A DNA stretch of 63,167 bases, filler included. It is 11 parts of 11 records of this genome, joined end to end, with 100 filler letters (N's around TTAATTAATTAA, not from the genome) between each part and the next. Parts side by side here need not be neighbours in the genome. Positions count along the whole stretch, not along the records: positions 30,607 to 39,614 come from SRR15195285_1087; positions 39,715 to 44,689 come from SRR15195285_1088; positions 44,790 to 49,753 come from SRR15195285_1092; 8 more parts are not named here. One strand, 5' to 3'. Below are positions 35,201 through 47,318 of the stretch, piece by piece. How positions within the stretch are numbered: the stretch's first letter is position 1; the number at the start of each line of letters is the position of its first letter. The notes beneath the pieces were generated by a model. The model ran no database searches and had not been told where the DNA came from. It saw only the letters and a list, made by a program, of their open reading frames with translations. A program made the translations under genes and the position numbers.

Positions 35201-38200
35201 AAGCACATGTGCGTTGAACGCGTCTCTACCAAGCTCCAGGCATTTGCAGTTGCCTTTTGCTACCACAGTTGCAGAACGCTTTGACCCATGTAGTAAAGCT
35301 GTTTCCCCGAACCAGTCACCACGGCTCTTGACAGCCACGGTCCCTACACCATCCACGTTTACATTGGCCTCGCCACTTTCGACGATGTACATTCGATCGC
35401 CGTCGTCGCCCTGCTTCATGATCACATCATTCTGACGAAACGCTTTGGAGACCATCGTCTTCGCCAGTGCAGCACGCCGATCTGCAGCGAGGCCTTCCAT
35501 TAGCGGAACCTGAGCTAGCAGCAGCTCAATCGGAGCAGTGCGTCGATCAAGATCACCTGCGACCAGCTTCATGAAGTCCTCGCGCCGAAGTTTCAAGCAC
35601 TTTGTCGACACAACGACCCCAGACTTGGTCGATCCACTCATAGAAGCAGCGAACACATTGGCTGCACGCGGCTTGTTGTTGAGAAGGGCGAGATCGCCAA
35701 AGAAATCACCTCGCCGGAGTGTCGCAAGTTGCTGGCCTGCCTGATTGGACACCATTGCTGACCCCTCGGAGACGATATACATGCAGTCTCCTGTTTCTCC
35801 TACTCTCACAATTGGTTCACCGTCAAAGAAGCTCTTTTCCTCCATTAGGGAGGCTAGCCGCATTCGCTGGTTCAGGTCCAATTTGCTTAACAAAGGCACT
35901 TGCGCAAGGAGCAGCGAAATTTGTGCAGGCCCAGCCATCTTATCGAATATCAGGTCGTTGAATGTATCTCGCTCAAGCTTGAATGCTTTGACTTCTCCAG
36001 CTGCTGAGATGGTTGCATTTCGTGGAACATCACTCAACAGCGACGCTTCGCCAAAGTATTTGCCCCTACCCAAGCGCGCAACATCACCTTTGCCTTTGAT
36101 GTTGACCACGCACTCTCCTTCTTCGATAATGTACATGGAGTCACCGATATCACCTTCCGCGATGACATTTTGGCCGTGCCTGAATGCCTGGAGCTCCAAC
36201 TTGTGTGCCAACTCAAGTCGAGCATCTTGGTCTAGTCCAGCCAATAACGGAATCTGAGACAACAAGAGTTCTACGCGTGCAGAGCTGCTGACATACTGTT
36301 CAAACGTGGTCCTTGACAGCTCGAGGCAGATAACCTCGGGACTCGTGGCGGTGATTGTTGCGCTGCGAGGTGCGTGGTCCAGTAGGGCAGTTTCACCGAA
36401 ATAATCACCCTTGTCTTTGCGTGCGACTTCGCCGATGCCATCAACGCTGACTACGCACCGGCCCTCCTCTACGATGTACATGGACTCACCCGCGTCACCC
36501 TCTTTGATGATCATATCACCAGCTGCGTATTTCCGTGACTTTGTGGCTTGTGCTAGTCGGGAGAGTTTGCCTCGATCCAGCTTACTCAGCAATGGTACCT
36601 GGACAAGCACCATCTCAATCCGAGCAACTGGTGCCAAAACTTGCACCACAATTTCATCAAACTGTTTACGTGATAGTTTCAGACACCTGCACTCCTCGAG
36701 AGCTGTGATATTCGCTGTGCGAGGAGCATCGTTCATCAGTGCTTGTTCACCGAATGCCTGTCCCTCTTCAAATTGAGCTACCTCACCAACACCTTTTACT
36801 TCAACCTTAACCGAACCTGATTCGAGTACGTACATACAGTCCCCAACCTCTCCTTGGCTGATAATTCTTTGTCCTTTGTTGTAATTTTCCGCTGTCATTT
36901 CAGCAGCCAACTGCGAGCGCTGCTTTGTCGGAATGCCGCTGAGCAGTGGGACTTGAGCTAGCACCAGCTCTGCTTGGGCATGCGGATTTTCCATGTGTCC
37001 AAACACGTGTGCGTCAAAAGCTTCTCTCGAAAGCTCCAGGCACTCAACCGTGCCTACAGCGGTGATAGTGGCAGCCCTCGGGGCGTCTGTCATCAACGCA
37101 CCCTCGCCAAACCAATCGCCCACTTTGCTCCTGCCCACTTCACCCTGTCCTTTGATCTTAACGGACACCTCACCTTTCGTAATGATGTACATTGTCTCCC
37201 CTGGATCTCCCTGAACCATGATATCTTTGCCAATGAACGTCTTCTTTACCACCACTTTGGCCAAGGACAGTCGATCCTCAAATGATAGCGGCGCTAGTAG
37301 AGGTACTTGTTCAAAGATGAAGACAGTACGAAGGGTCGGCCCAATCAGCTGATCGAAAATGTTGCGAGTGAGGGCCAAGCATCTCGTGTTGCCAATGGCA
37401 CGAATGCTGGCGTTCCGTGGTGCATCCCTCAACAGCGCCACCTCTCCGAAATAACGGCCCCTATGCAGCTGGGCGACTTTGGTGCCCTTGATGATGACGT
37501 CACACACCCCATCATCGATGATGTACATCTCACTACCGTCTTCTCCTTCTTCCATCACAAATTGTCCATCTTCGAAGTCACAAGGCCGTAACGCTGATGC
37601 GAGCTTGTCGAGCTCCAGTGCATTCAGGTGCGATAGAATTGGCATCTCAGCTAGCAAATGCTTCGCATCTCGAACCTCGTTGAGCTGTGAAATGTCAAAA
37701 TTCGGAAGATACCGGACTTGCGCGCGGCAGAAGTCGCCCAGCTTCTCAATGGTGTCGATCGCTTCGATCTTGGGCAGAATCTGTCGGTACTTCTTGCTTT
37801 TCAAGCCCAGCGAAACTACGATCTCCTGGCGTACAGCAAATAGCAACTCTTTGAATCGATGCTCCCGTTTTTGCAGCCTTTGTCTGTCTGCCTCGATCCT
37901 CGCCGCCTCAGCTTTTGCTAGTGCCTGCTCTCGTTCAAGTGCGCGTTTGCGTGCTGCTTCTTGCCGTTGTTTCTCGTATATTCCCTTCGCTGTGGTACGG
38001 AACCACTCTTCAAATTCTTGAAAGTCCATCAATCCGTCTCCATCGGCGTCGGCAGACTGCATAATTCGGGCAACTTCCAGGTCCTTTTCTTCGTCGGATA
38101 GTTTTTTCCCACCAGGAGTAAAGCTTGAGAACACCCATTCCGCAAGATTCAAAAGCTCGTCTTTGTCAAGGACGCCGTTCCCATCTGCATCCATCTGCAT

Positions 38201-39614
38201 GAACTTTTTCCGCGCCCGAGCCATCTGTTTGTCAACTGCCTTTGAGACTCGTGAATGGTGTCGTTCCAGCGCCTTCTGTTCCGTCTCACCTGCATTTTCT
38301 TGGTTTTTGGCTCGATTGACAATGTTCATCGTCGTGCCAGGAATATGCTCCACGACTTTAGCCATCAATGCCGCCCCCTGGCGAAACCAGCCCAAAGAAG
38401 AAAAAGATTCAGTTCTCCAAACCAGTCACACTCAAGAAGAAACGTTCATGTTGGAACGCACCAACTGCACTACTGGGCTATCTTGTCCGAGCTGAGAGTG
38501 TCGACCCAGTGCGAATGAGAGTACCTGCTGCGATCTGCACAGCGTGCGCACCTTCAACTCCTGAAGCTCGAGCTTATCCATCGCGTTTTGCATGCGTTTA
38601 GCACGCTTGTCTTGAGCACTCTCACTCTCATCAAGGTTCTTCTCGAGGCTCTCTGCAGCAACCCACCCGGTCTCGATTCGGATGTGCAGCTCATCATCTA
38701 CAAAACCCTGATCGAGCTCCACGACCTCATCACCCAGATGTAGCTCCGACCTCTCCTCTGAGGTAAGATCCAAAGCAGCTCGCACGATGCACGTCTCGAG
38801 CACCCGCCAGTGAGGTAGGTTTTGGACCTCCTCTTCAAAACTTGCTTCGTTCTGAAGCTCCTCACGCACGAACTGAGCCATTGCCAGCGCATTGCCATCG
38901 TCCGTCAGAAGCCGTGCTGCCTCCTGCTCACACTTGAGCTTCTCCACCTCTAGGGCCTGGATTTTCATTCGAAGGCGATCACCAGGCTTGTTTTTATCGT
39001 GCTTTGCAACGAAAGTCGTCCGCTCAATCTCTTTCAGCTGCTGCTGCAGCGTGGCAATTTGCTTGGAGATGAGACGTGCCTTGTCTGCTTCCTGCAAGGA
39101 TGAATGCGTCCTAGCTACTTTCAGCTGCTCCATACGATCTTTCACACGGGCCTGGATGCGCTGATGTCTCTTATCGGCAGCAGTCTGCTCCTCAACTTCG
39201 TGCTGCGCCACTTCCAGCAGTGCTTCTCTGCGCTCCATGCGTCCAGTGTTGTGATGAGACAGAAAGGTCCGAGTGTGCTTGCGCCGTCCTGCACCGAGCA
39301 GATGCGCCATGTTGTCGACTTTAGCAATGGCTTCCTGTGCCATCAACGCCATCAGTGGCGAGAACTCAAGAAGCGCCAAGTCCGGAAGAAATCGACCCTC
39401 CGAAGGCTCACCAACTACCCTCTCGCCAGCCAGGTATCCCTGCCACCAATCTGCAGCAGACGCGTCTGTCACGACCAGCCGTTGGCCAGGCAGCACGACA
39501 AATTCAGTACCGTCATCTGCAAACATCGTCAGATCCTTTTTGACGGTCGCAACAATGTGATTTGAATTTGTTGGCACGAACTCAATTTCTGGCTCTGGTT
39601 CCGGCTCCGGCTCC
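32249..39614 (-). CDS. Giant multi-domain protein, 5'-partial: SH3 - coiled coil - SH3-like - 2 EF-hands - 9 cyclic-nucleotide-binding domains - TPR - SAM
   Basis: ORFs 38432..39577 and 32249..38395 join via intron 38378-38551. EF loops DADGNGVLDKDE and DADGDGLMDFQE; nine (V/I/M)P(L/I)L...G...MY...FG(E/D)..L....R repeats; YNLA/YGLC TPR-like units; SAM WTIGDVRRWLEELGL...GVDVLGHKKLML. Confidence 0.9.
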
Positions 39615-40686
39615 NNNNNNNNNNNNNNNNNNNNNNNNNNNNNNNNNNNNNNNNNNNNTTAATTAATTAANNNNNNNNNNNNNNNNNNNNNNNNNNNNNN
39701 NNNNNNNNNNNNNNGTAGTGCGCACTATCCGCCAGGATCGGATCATCCGAGAAGACATCGCCGCTGGCAAGCGCTAGCAGCTGCAGTAGCGCAATCTGCT
39801 GGGGTGCTCGCATCTTCTCAGCCCGCCAGCCGACGACGTGCAGCACGTACGTCGGTACCCGACCTGCGTGGCGCCCTTTCGCGCGCGGGCGGCGCCCGCG
39901 CGCGCCGCGGCGGCCCCGCGTGGTGAGCTCGCTGCCCGCCCTCTCCCCTCTCCGGTCGCTGGGCTATCATAATGTGATTCCTGGGTCGGCGAACAAATCA
40001 TCTCGAATCCTCGATCGGGCGCTGGTTCTGCGGGTGTGCTGCTGATCACCATCCGGCGATCACGGGTGAAATGATTTCACCTCAGCAGTCACGGTACATG
40101 TAGAATTTGCGAAGGAATTCTCACACTACAGTGTGTATCCGTACACGCTGGGAACTACAGTAGGAATTCCGATGTCCGATATTTTCGTACAATTCTATGA
40201 ACCATCATTCATATATAGGAATTCCTACATTAGATCGAATAGATGTACTAGTACGGTACCCAGTACGGCAGAGCGGGTACACGCGTGAAGGCGTTGGCCA
40301 TCCAGAGCGTGGCCGGCGACGTGTGTCGCCGAGCGCCGTTGGTGCGCAGGCTAGCGTGCCTACGATACGCTGCTCGGCCAGTGCTGCTGCCGGCACTGAG
40401 CCGCACTGCTGCTGTCGCGAGGGCAGACAGTCAGTGGCGCTTCTTCCGGTGCGGTGGGCACTGAAGGACGTGGGTGTACGGAATAAGGCGGCGTCGGTGG
40501 CTGGAGGGTGGTGGCTGCGCTGCGTCGAGGAACGGAGGAGGAGAAGGGTGGACGCGCTGCGGGCGTGTGTCGGCTGTGGTGGACGCGCCTGGAACGGGTG
40601 AAGGTGCTGGGCGGTGGGCGATGGTGCCTCAACGGCAAGGGCCAGCGTCGATGCAGTAGGGCTCCCCTTGAGTGCGGCACGGCGCG

Positions 40687-43600
40687 ATGGGAGTGTGCGG
40701 CGGTGGCAGCGACCCGGATGATTTCGAGGCTGATATCCCCATGCTGCCCCGACCGACAGTGCCGGCGTGGCTCCGGCAGCTCTGCGAGGAGAGCAAGCAG
40801 AACGGTGCTCTGCAGCCAGAAGGTCCCGTCATACCCACGTGGGCGCTGGTGTTCAAGCTGAACGATCCAACGCGCGCCCACTGTGCGTGGAGAGCATCCC
40901 TGCTACCGATTCCTCCTTTCAACCTGCCCCTCTCACCACCTGCGACGCCCAGCCCGCCGCTCGATCAAGCTCCCGCTGCTCACCGTCGCATTTGTGTATG
41001 CGCAGACGACGAGCTTGGAATTGGCAAGTGCCATGAAGAGCTCGGCACGAAGAGCTCGCAAGCTCAGGATGCAGAGAAGAAGTATCAGGAAGTTCTTCGT
41101 AAAAAGAAGGAAAGACTGATTAGCAAACTGCGCGGCGACGATGCCGAAGAGAGGCGGCAGGCAATCCAGGAAGGATACGACGTGCTTTCTGACAAGTCCA
41201 AGCGCACACTCTACGATCAGGGTGGCAACGAGGCTGTGCAAGCCGGCACTGTGGACGGGATCGAAATTCGCTTTGTGTCAGAAGAGTGCCGGGTCATACT
41301 TGAGCGCGTGGTCAAGGCCGGTCTTGCGATGGAAGTATTCTTTTCTCGTGACGAAGACGAAATTTTCGTCACGCTCGGGGCTGGTGAAAGCATTCTCATG
41401 GACGAGGCTTCGCATGCCGCAGATGCCGACGGTGGTAACACTAACAGCCCCATGCAACTTCCCCTGAAGCTGAAGTACAAGAATCCAGCGGACGCCACGA
41501 CAGACGATCGTCCCAACGGTACGTGCTTAACCTGTCCTCCCTGCGGTTGCGTGCTACCGTGTGACAGCTGGCTGTCTACAAGATGCGGCACTCCTGAATG
41601 TCCTGTAACACCCTGCCTGCGTCCCATCAGGGCGTACCATGGACGGCACGTACCCATTTCACGAGCAGCTCCGTGAACATTTTACCAGAGCAGCCGAAGA
41701 CCGCTTCTTCCATTCAGGGTAACCCCTGTTTTTGCACGCAATATATGTGTCACCTCGATATCTGACAGGGCGCTGTTTGTTCAACTTGTAGTGCGCAGCA
41801 GAGGCTGCTGATGCATCGCTTTAACCGGTACTGCCGCATCACAATGGAAGAACGATTGCAAATGCCACCACGCCAGCGGTTGCTGAAAACCGCGCAGCGT
41901 TTCATTGACACGGGTACTGCGATCCAACTGTTCCGGCTGAAGCAGCTCCTTGAAAGCTATGGCTGCACACACCCAGAGTCTGCTATTGCAGACGAGGTGG
42001 CCAATCGGCTGCCAAAAGCGATGAAGAAGTTCCAGGAATGGGGGAAGGCAAACCCATCGCAACTCATTAAAGTTGCTGAGTTTGCAGAGGTCGTAAAAGA
42101 ACTTGCAGATCGGGATCGGTCACGGGACAAGCGTACGACCAGTGGATCGCTACGGGATTGCTTTCCGCTGCACTTTGACGAAGAGCTAACACAGCTTAAG
42201 TTGAGGTGGGGCTCATTTTCTTCGGGGTTTTTCATGTCATGCTGCGGTGGGTGGCTACATAAAGAAAAGGAAGGCGAGTACATCGGCTCTTTTACGGGCC
42301 GGAGATATGACAACCACTTAACACTGACGATTTTCGGCCCGCATTATCAGCCGTTGGATGAGATACGCAACTACTTCGGAGACCACGTGGCCCTGTACTT
42401 CGCATGGGCGGGACTGTACACTTCACAATTGGTTATGCCCGCTTTCCTTGGGTGTTGTACTATGGCCGGAAACTTCGTGCACGAAGGAGGCGTGGAGGAG
42501 AACCCTTTGACGCTTTACTACAGCATTTTCCTATCGCTTTGGTCTACTTCGTTCTTGGAGGCTTGGAAACGCCGCGAGAACGAGCTCAAGTTCCAGTGGG
42601 GCAGCGAGGGTTTCGAGACAACAGAGCGACCCCGTGTACAGTTCAGTGGGAAGTTTGAGGTCCATCCCTTGACGGGAGTGGAGAAGCTTGTGCATAAGTA
42701 CATTTTCCAGTACTACGGAAAGATTCTCGTCTCGAATCTGATCGGGCTGTTCATGATAGTGTTTACGAGCATAGCTGCACTGAACGCGTACCTTGTACGG
42801 GAGCTGTACAGCACGGAATATCAAAACAGCCTAATGGCTCTATACCGGAACGGCACGTCGGAGCCTGTGTGGGATGCAACCGTTGGGGCAATAGAAGGTC
42901 AGGAACGCGTACAACAAACTGAATTCAAGATTGCATCGGCAATGATCTCACTGATCGTGATCCAGACGTTTTCGCAGATATACAAACGCGTCGCCGAACG
43001 GATGACAGATTGGGAGAATCATCGTACCCAAACAGAATACGAGGACTATCTGATCGTCAAGAATTTGCTCTTCGAATTTGTCAACAACTACTTCACACTG
43101 TTCCTCATCGCGTTTCTGCTCGACCCACTCCGGAAGATCGGCGTGCCTTCCATCGCTCAGATTCTACCAAAGGTCATTCTTCCACGCGTCATAGGCAACG
43201 ACCTCAAATTTCCTGACAAGATATCCTCTTGCAACCCGGGTGCCGCCAGCTGCATGAGCACTCTGCAGCGACAGCTGCTCATCGTCTTCACTCTCAAGTC
43301 GATGATGTCTCTGGTGAAGCAGGTGGTAAAGCCATACGTGAAGCGGAAACAAAGGCTGTGGGCAGAAAATGAATCCATCAGAAAAGCTAACAGAATTCGG
43401 CCGAGCGATCGCAAGTTTCCCTACAAGATCGAAAATGAAGTTGAACGCCAAGCGATCAATGAGCCTTACGATTCGAACTTCGATGACTTTAAGGAAATGT
43501 CGCTGCAATTTGGATACGTGACGCTGTTTGCGGTCTCGTATCCGCTTGCGGCTCTGTTAGCGTGGTTGAACAACATTGTCGAACTGAGACTGGATGCTTA

Positions 43601-44689
43601 CCAGCTGTGCTCTGTTCATCAGCGGACGAAATGGCGCACACAGGAAGACATCGGGAGCTGGGCTGGTGTGTTCCAGGCACTCTCGGTCATAAATGTGATC
43701 ACCAACGCTTGTCTTATCGGCTTTGTCGGTAGCCAGCTCGCGCAAAAGGACTTCTTTGTCGAAGATCAGCCTGAACAGGAGGACCTAGGAGCCACGCAAA
43801 CATTCGTGGACCGCTTTAAAATGTGGAAAATGTGGATTGTCGTAGTGCTGGTCGAACATGCTGTGCTGATGCTCAAGTTTGGCGTGACAGCATTCAGCGC
43901 GAGCGTGCCTGAATGGATCGGTGATGCACGCGACGCAATAGCTCATAGGAAGGACAAAGACTTGCACATTGACCTGTCGAAGGTGAGTGTCACTTCAGGC
44001 GCGAAAGCTCGGGGCGTGGTTGCAAAAATGAGAGCAAATCTAAAGAAAGGAGAGGGCAGCAGCGGACTGGCTGCGGCGGTGAAAGCCTTGACACCGACGA
44101 GCTCGCCTTCTTCGAGTCCGCGAGCACGAGATGCCATGGCAGCCATGGCAGCCATGAAGCCAACGGAGTCTGCTGGGGCATCAGAACAGACCATTAATCC
44201 GTTGTCGAGCTCGCCGAGTGCACCAGTAAGCCCTTCCGGTGCATCGCAGTCGCACGTCCAATGGCAGCCACGGGCACAGCAGGCGCCAGCACAGCAGGAG
44301 CAGGTGGTAGACCGACTGCTTCCGACAGTTTCCGCAATTCCGCGAGAGACGCCTGCGCACTTTGACGGTCCAAATATCGACCTTACATTGGACCCGCGGA
44401 CACCAGTCAGAGGTCCTCCGACAGGACCCGTCGTGGAGGCAATGTGGGATTTTGAGCCTCAACAGGCAACGCAACTACGGCTTCGTAAGGGCGACCTGGT
44501 CAAAGTACTTGAGCAGACAAATGAGCACTGGACGCTAGTACAGGGACTCGGGACAGATAATATGGAAAGCAAAGGCCATGTGCCCACGTCGTACATTGCT
44601 CTCAAAGACCAGCAGGCTGCACATCCACAGATGTCTCTACAGCAACAAGGTATGCAGCAATCACAGCAGCAGCAGCAGCAGCAGCAGCA
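40687..44689 (+). CDS. Anoctamin/TMEM16 family channel or scramblase with J-like insert and C-terminal SH3, 3'-truncated in polyQ
   Basis: QPLDEIRNYFGDHVALYFAW, FLEAWKRRE, WENHRTQTEYED, FEFVNNY, DDFKEMSLQFGYVTLF..PLA..NNIVELRLDA and DIGSW; SH3 EAMWDF..QLRLRKGD..HW..GHVPTSYI. Introns 40883-41005, 41519-41630 and 41719-41791. Confidence 0.92.
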
Positions 44690-44789
44690 NNNNNNNNNNN
44701 NNNNNNNNNNNNNNNNNNNNNNNNNNNNNNNNNTTAATTAATTAANNNNNNNNNNNNNNNNNNNNNNNNNNNNNNNNNNNNNNNNNNNN

Positions 44790-44819
44790 GTCGGGACGGA
44801 CACATCGTGTCCTCACTGG
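44790..44819. repeat. Short dispersed repeat at a contig end, related in inverted orientation to the end of contig 10 (about 59930-59959)
   Basis: GTCGGGACGGACACATCGTGTCCTCACTGG versus reverse complement GTCGGGACGGGCACATCGGGTCCTGAGTGG, 26/30 identical. Confidence 0.75.
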
Positions 44820-44966
44820 ATCTGTGAGTGAGCTATGCTACTACGCGTAGCATAGTGCGCCGGCGCGTACACACCGACACACACGCGTGATCGCGACGTG
44901 GCGGGTCGATTCACGCGCACTCCGTCGCCGTCGCTCATCAGCTGGCGCACTTGCCCCACCCGAGCG

Positions 44967-47131
44967 ATGAGGCGCTCCTCGTTGATGCTGCTGCTTCCTG
45001 CGAGTGCTACAGCCGCCAACTGCGACCTGGCTGGCACCTGTGCGCACCCATTCATTGATTCACGCGCCCGGCTCACCGCTGCATGCGATTCGTACGACAC
45101 TGAAAATGCAGCTAGAACCTGCACAGCAGCTTCGTTAGCGAACTGCTGACTGACCGCTGCGTGCTCCACTGTCCTCACCCATCCTGGCCGTCTCGTAGGG
45201 AATATTGACGTCAACGTTCCATCGCGCCCCATCCCACTCACGCTTGTCCAGAAAAACGCTAACTGCACGCTCACTTGGGGAGGTCAGACCGCCACCGGAA
45301 CCATTGCCGACCATCAGTTTGCATTCAACAAGCTCACCGCCGTGGCGTCTCCGTCGCCGTGGGGCGCCAGCCAGAGCAGCGGCGTCGCCAAGGCCCCAGA
45401 CTGTTCACTTCTCACTTTCAACGAGGTGGACTCTGTGGGACAACAACCTCGGTGGTGCAAGCAGCCGTACTGCCCGGCTGCTCCGCCAGCGCCGCCGGCG
45501 CCACCACCAGGACCTGCAGACCCCGAGACGGCGATGCCTCACTACATCGTGCCGGGAGCTGCAGCCATCGGTGCAGTTGATCCAAGCGGCAAGCCGGCCA
45601 ACTACTTCCTCAACTACACTGGTTCGAACGGCTGGGTCATTCACCTATCTGGCGGCGGCTGGCGGTTCCTTTCGAATCACGATGGCACGGATGCAGACCC
45701 ACTGGGCACCGACCTCCCTCCAGCACTGGTCTCGGACGGTACCGTGCCACCTGGAGCAGCGCCGGATGGCCACTGCTATGGCAAGTGTGATGGGATCTTA
45801 TCGGACGATCCCATCCTCAATCCACTTTTCCACAGCTGGAACAAGGTCTGGATCCCGATCACAGGCACATCGTTCACGGGCGATCGTGCTTCTGACAAAC
45901 CATACCCCGTCCGTGGGAAGCGTTTTCAGGAGGCGGTGATTAAAGACCTGCAGACGCGCTTCAATATGGTACGCCGATTTTCATGCTCGCGTTGACTGCG
46001 CTTTTCTGTGGGAAATACGCCTACCTGCTTTTCTTTCCATGTTGGTGCTACGACTGCAAGGAACACTATCTTTTTTACAGACAATTTGTTGGTGGACGTC
46101 CAGGACACCGCTGCCGAGGTGATTCTAACCGGCGGATCGTCTGGAGGCCTTGCGGTCTATTTGACTTGTGACAGAGTAGCCGGACTGGTTGCTGCGGCAA
46201 ATGCTACCACGCGGTACACCTGCTTGGCCGATGCCGGTTACTTTCTGTACGTATCCACGTATGCAGTTGCGCTCTACGGCTATCGTCCACCCCAGTGGGC
46301 TGTGAAAGCGCCATTGTATTGCGTGCTTCGCCGTGTCTGTTGCAGGGATCACCCTGACATGAATGGGAAGTCTTCTACTTCTCCGCAATTTACCGAGAGC
46401 TTTCACGCGTGGAATAGCAGCGGAGGCACCAACCAGGCATGCATCGATCACTACACTCCGCTTGGTACCCCTGAGAAGTGCATATTTGTGAGATGCCTTG
46501 AGGAGTAATTTGCCACGTGCCGCCACTCGGTACTAGTGACTGCATCGTGGTGCGTGAGCAGGCGCAATATGTGTTTCCATTCATCAAGTCTTCGATCTTC
46601 GTATTTCAGAACCTTTACGACAGCTGGCAGATCAACAATATTCTGAAAATCGGTTGTTCCGGCTACAATCAGCCGATGACCAGCTGCTCAGCTACTCAGA
46701 TGGACGCGTTGGAGAAGTACGGTGCAACCATGCGATCAGCTCTGGCGCCTGCAATATCTAGCCCGAAGGTCCGTTTCGCGCTCGTATGCGCAACATGTTT
46801 TGTGCTACGATGATGCTTTTCATTCGCTGATCCATGTGAGTTGTTTTCATCTACTGCGTGAAAACGCGTTTGTCTGTGCCATCGGTGTGGTCTTTTGCAG
46901 GTCGGGATGTTCACGCCCTCTTGCATCGCCCATTGTCAGAGTGTCATGAATGAGCACCCTGAGGCGCTGTGGGATTGGCCCGAACGCTGGGGCATCAACG
47001 GTCTGACACCTCAAGCGGCGTTCAACGCATGGTACAGCGCGGGAGGCGTGGGTGGCAACGACACAAAGCACGTGCAAGAATGCGACTGGAGCCCGAAGTC
47101 GTGCAACAAATTGTGTCCAATGTGGACTTGA
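44967..47131 (+). CDS. Secreted pectin acetylesterase / Notum-like hydrolase (CE13-like)
   Basis: Signal peptide; GGGW, GILSDDPILNPLFHSWNKV, GGSSGG nucleophile, DAGYFL, YDSWQ (Asp) and SCIAHCQ (His). Introns 45040-45198, 45969-46103, 46247-46345, 46488-46561 and 46769-46900. Confidence 0.87.
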
Positions 47132-47318
47132 GCAGGCTTCTAGTATGATTGTAAAGTGCGGGACTGTGCTCGGTGTTGGTCATGCTCGCGCTTCATTCAA
47201 ATGAATGACCATGAAAAGGGTTGCAGATGCGGTGTTGTTTGCCACAGCACCACTCCAACCCTTTTTGACAAAATTGAGGATCTTTAGCTTGGTTGAATGA
47301 TCGTGGCCAGGTGACCTC

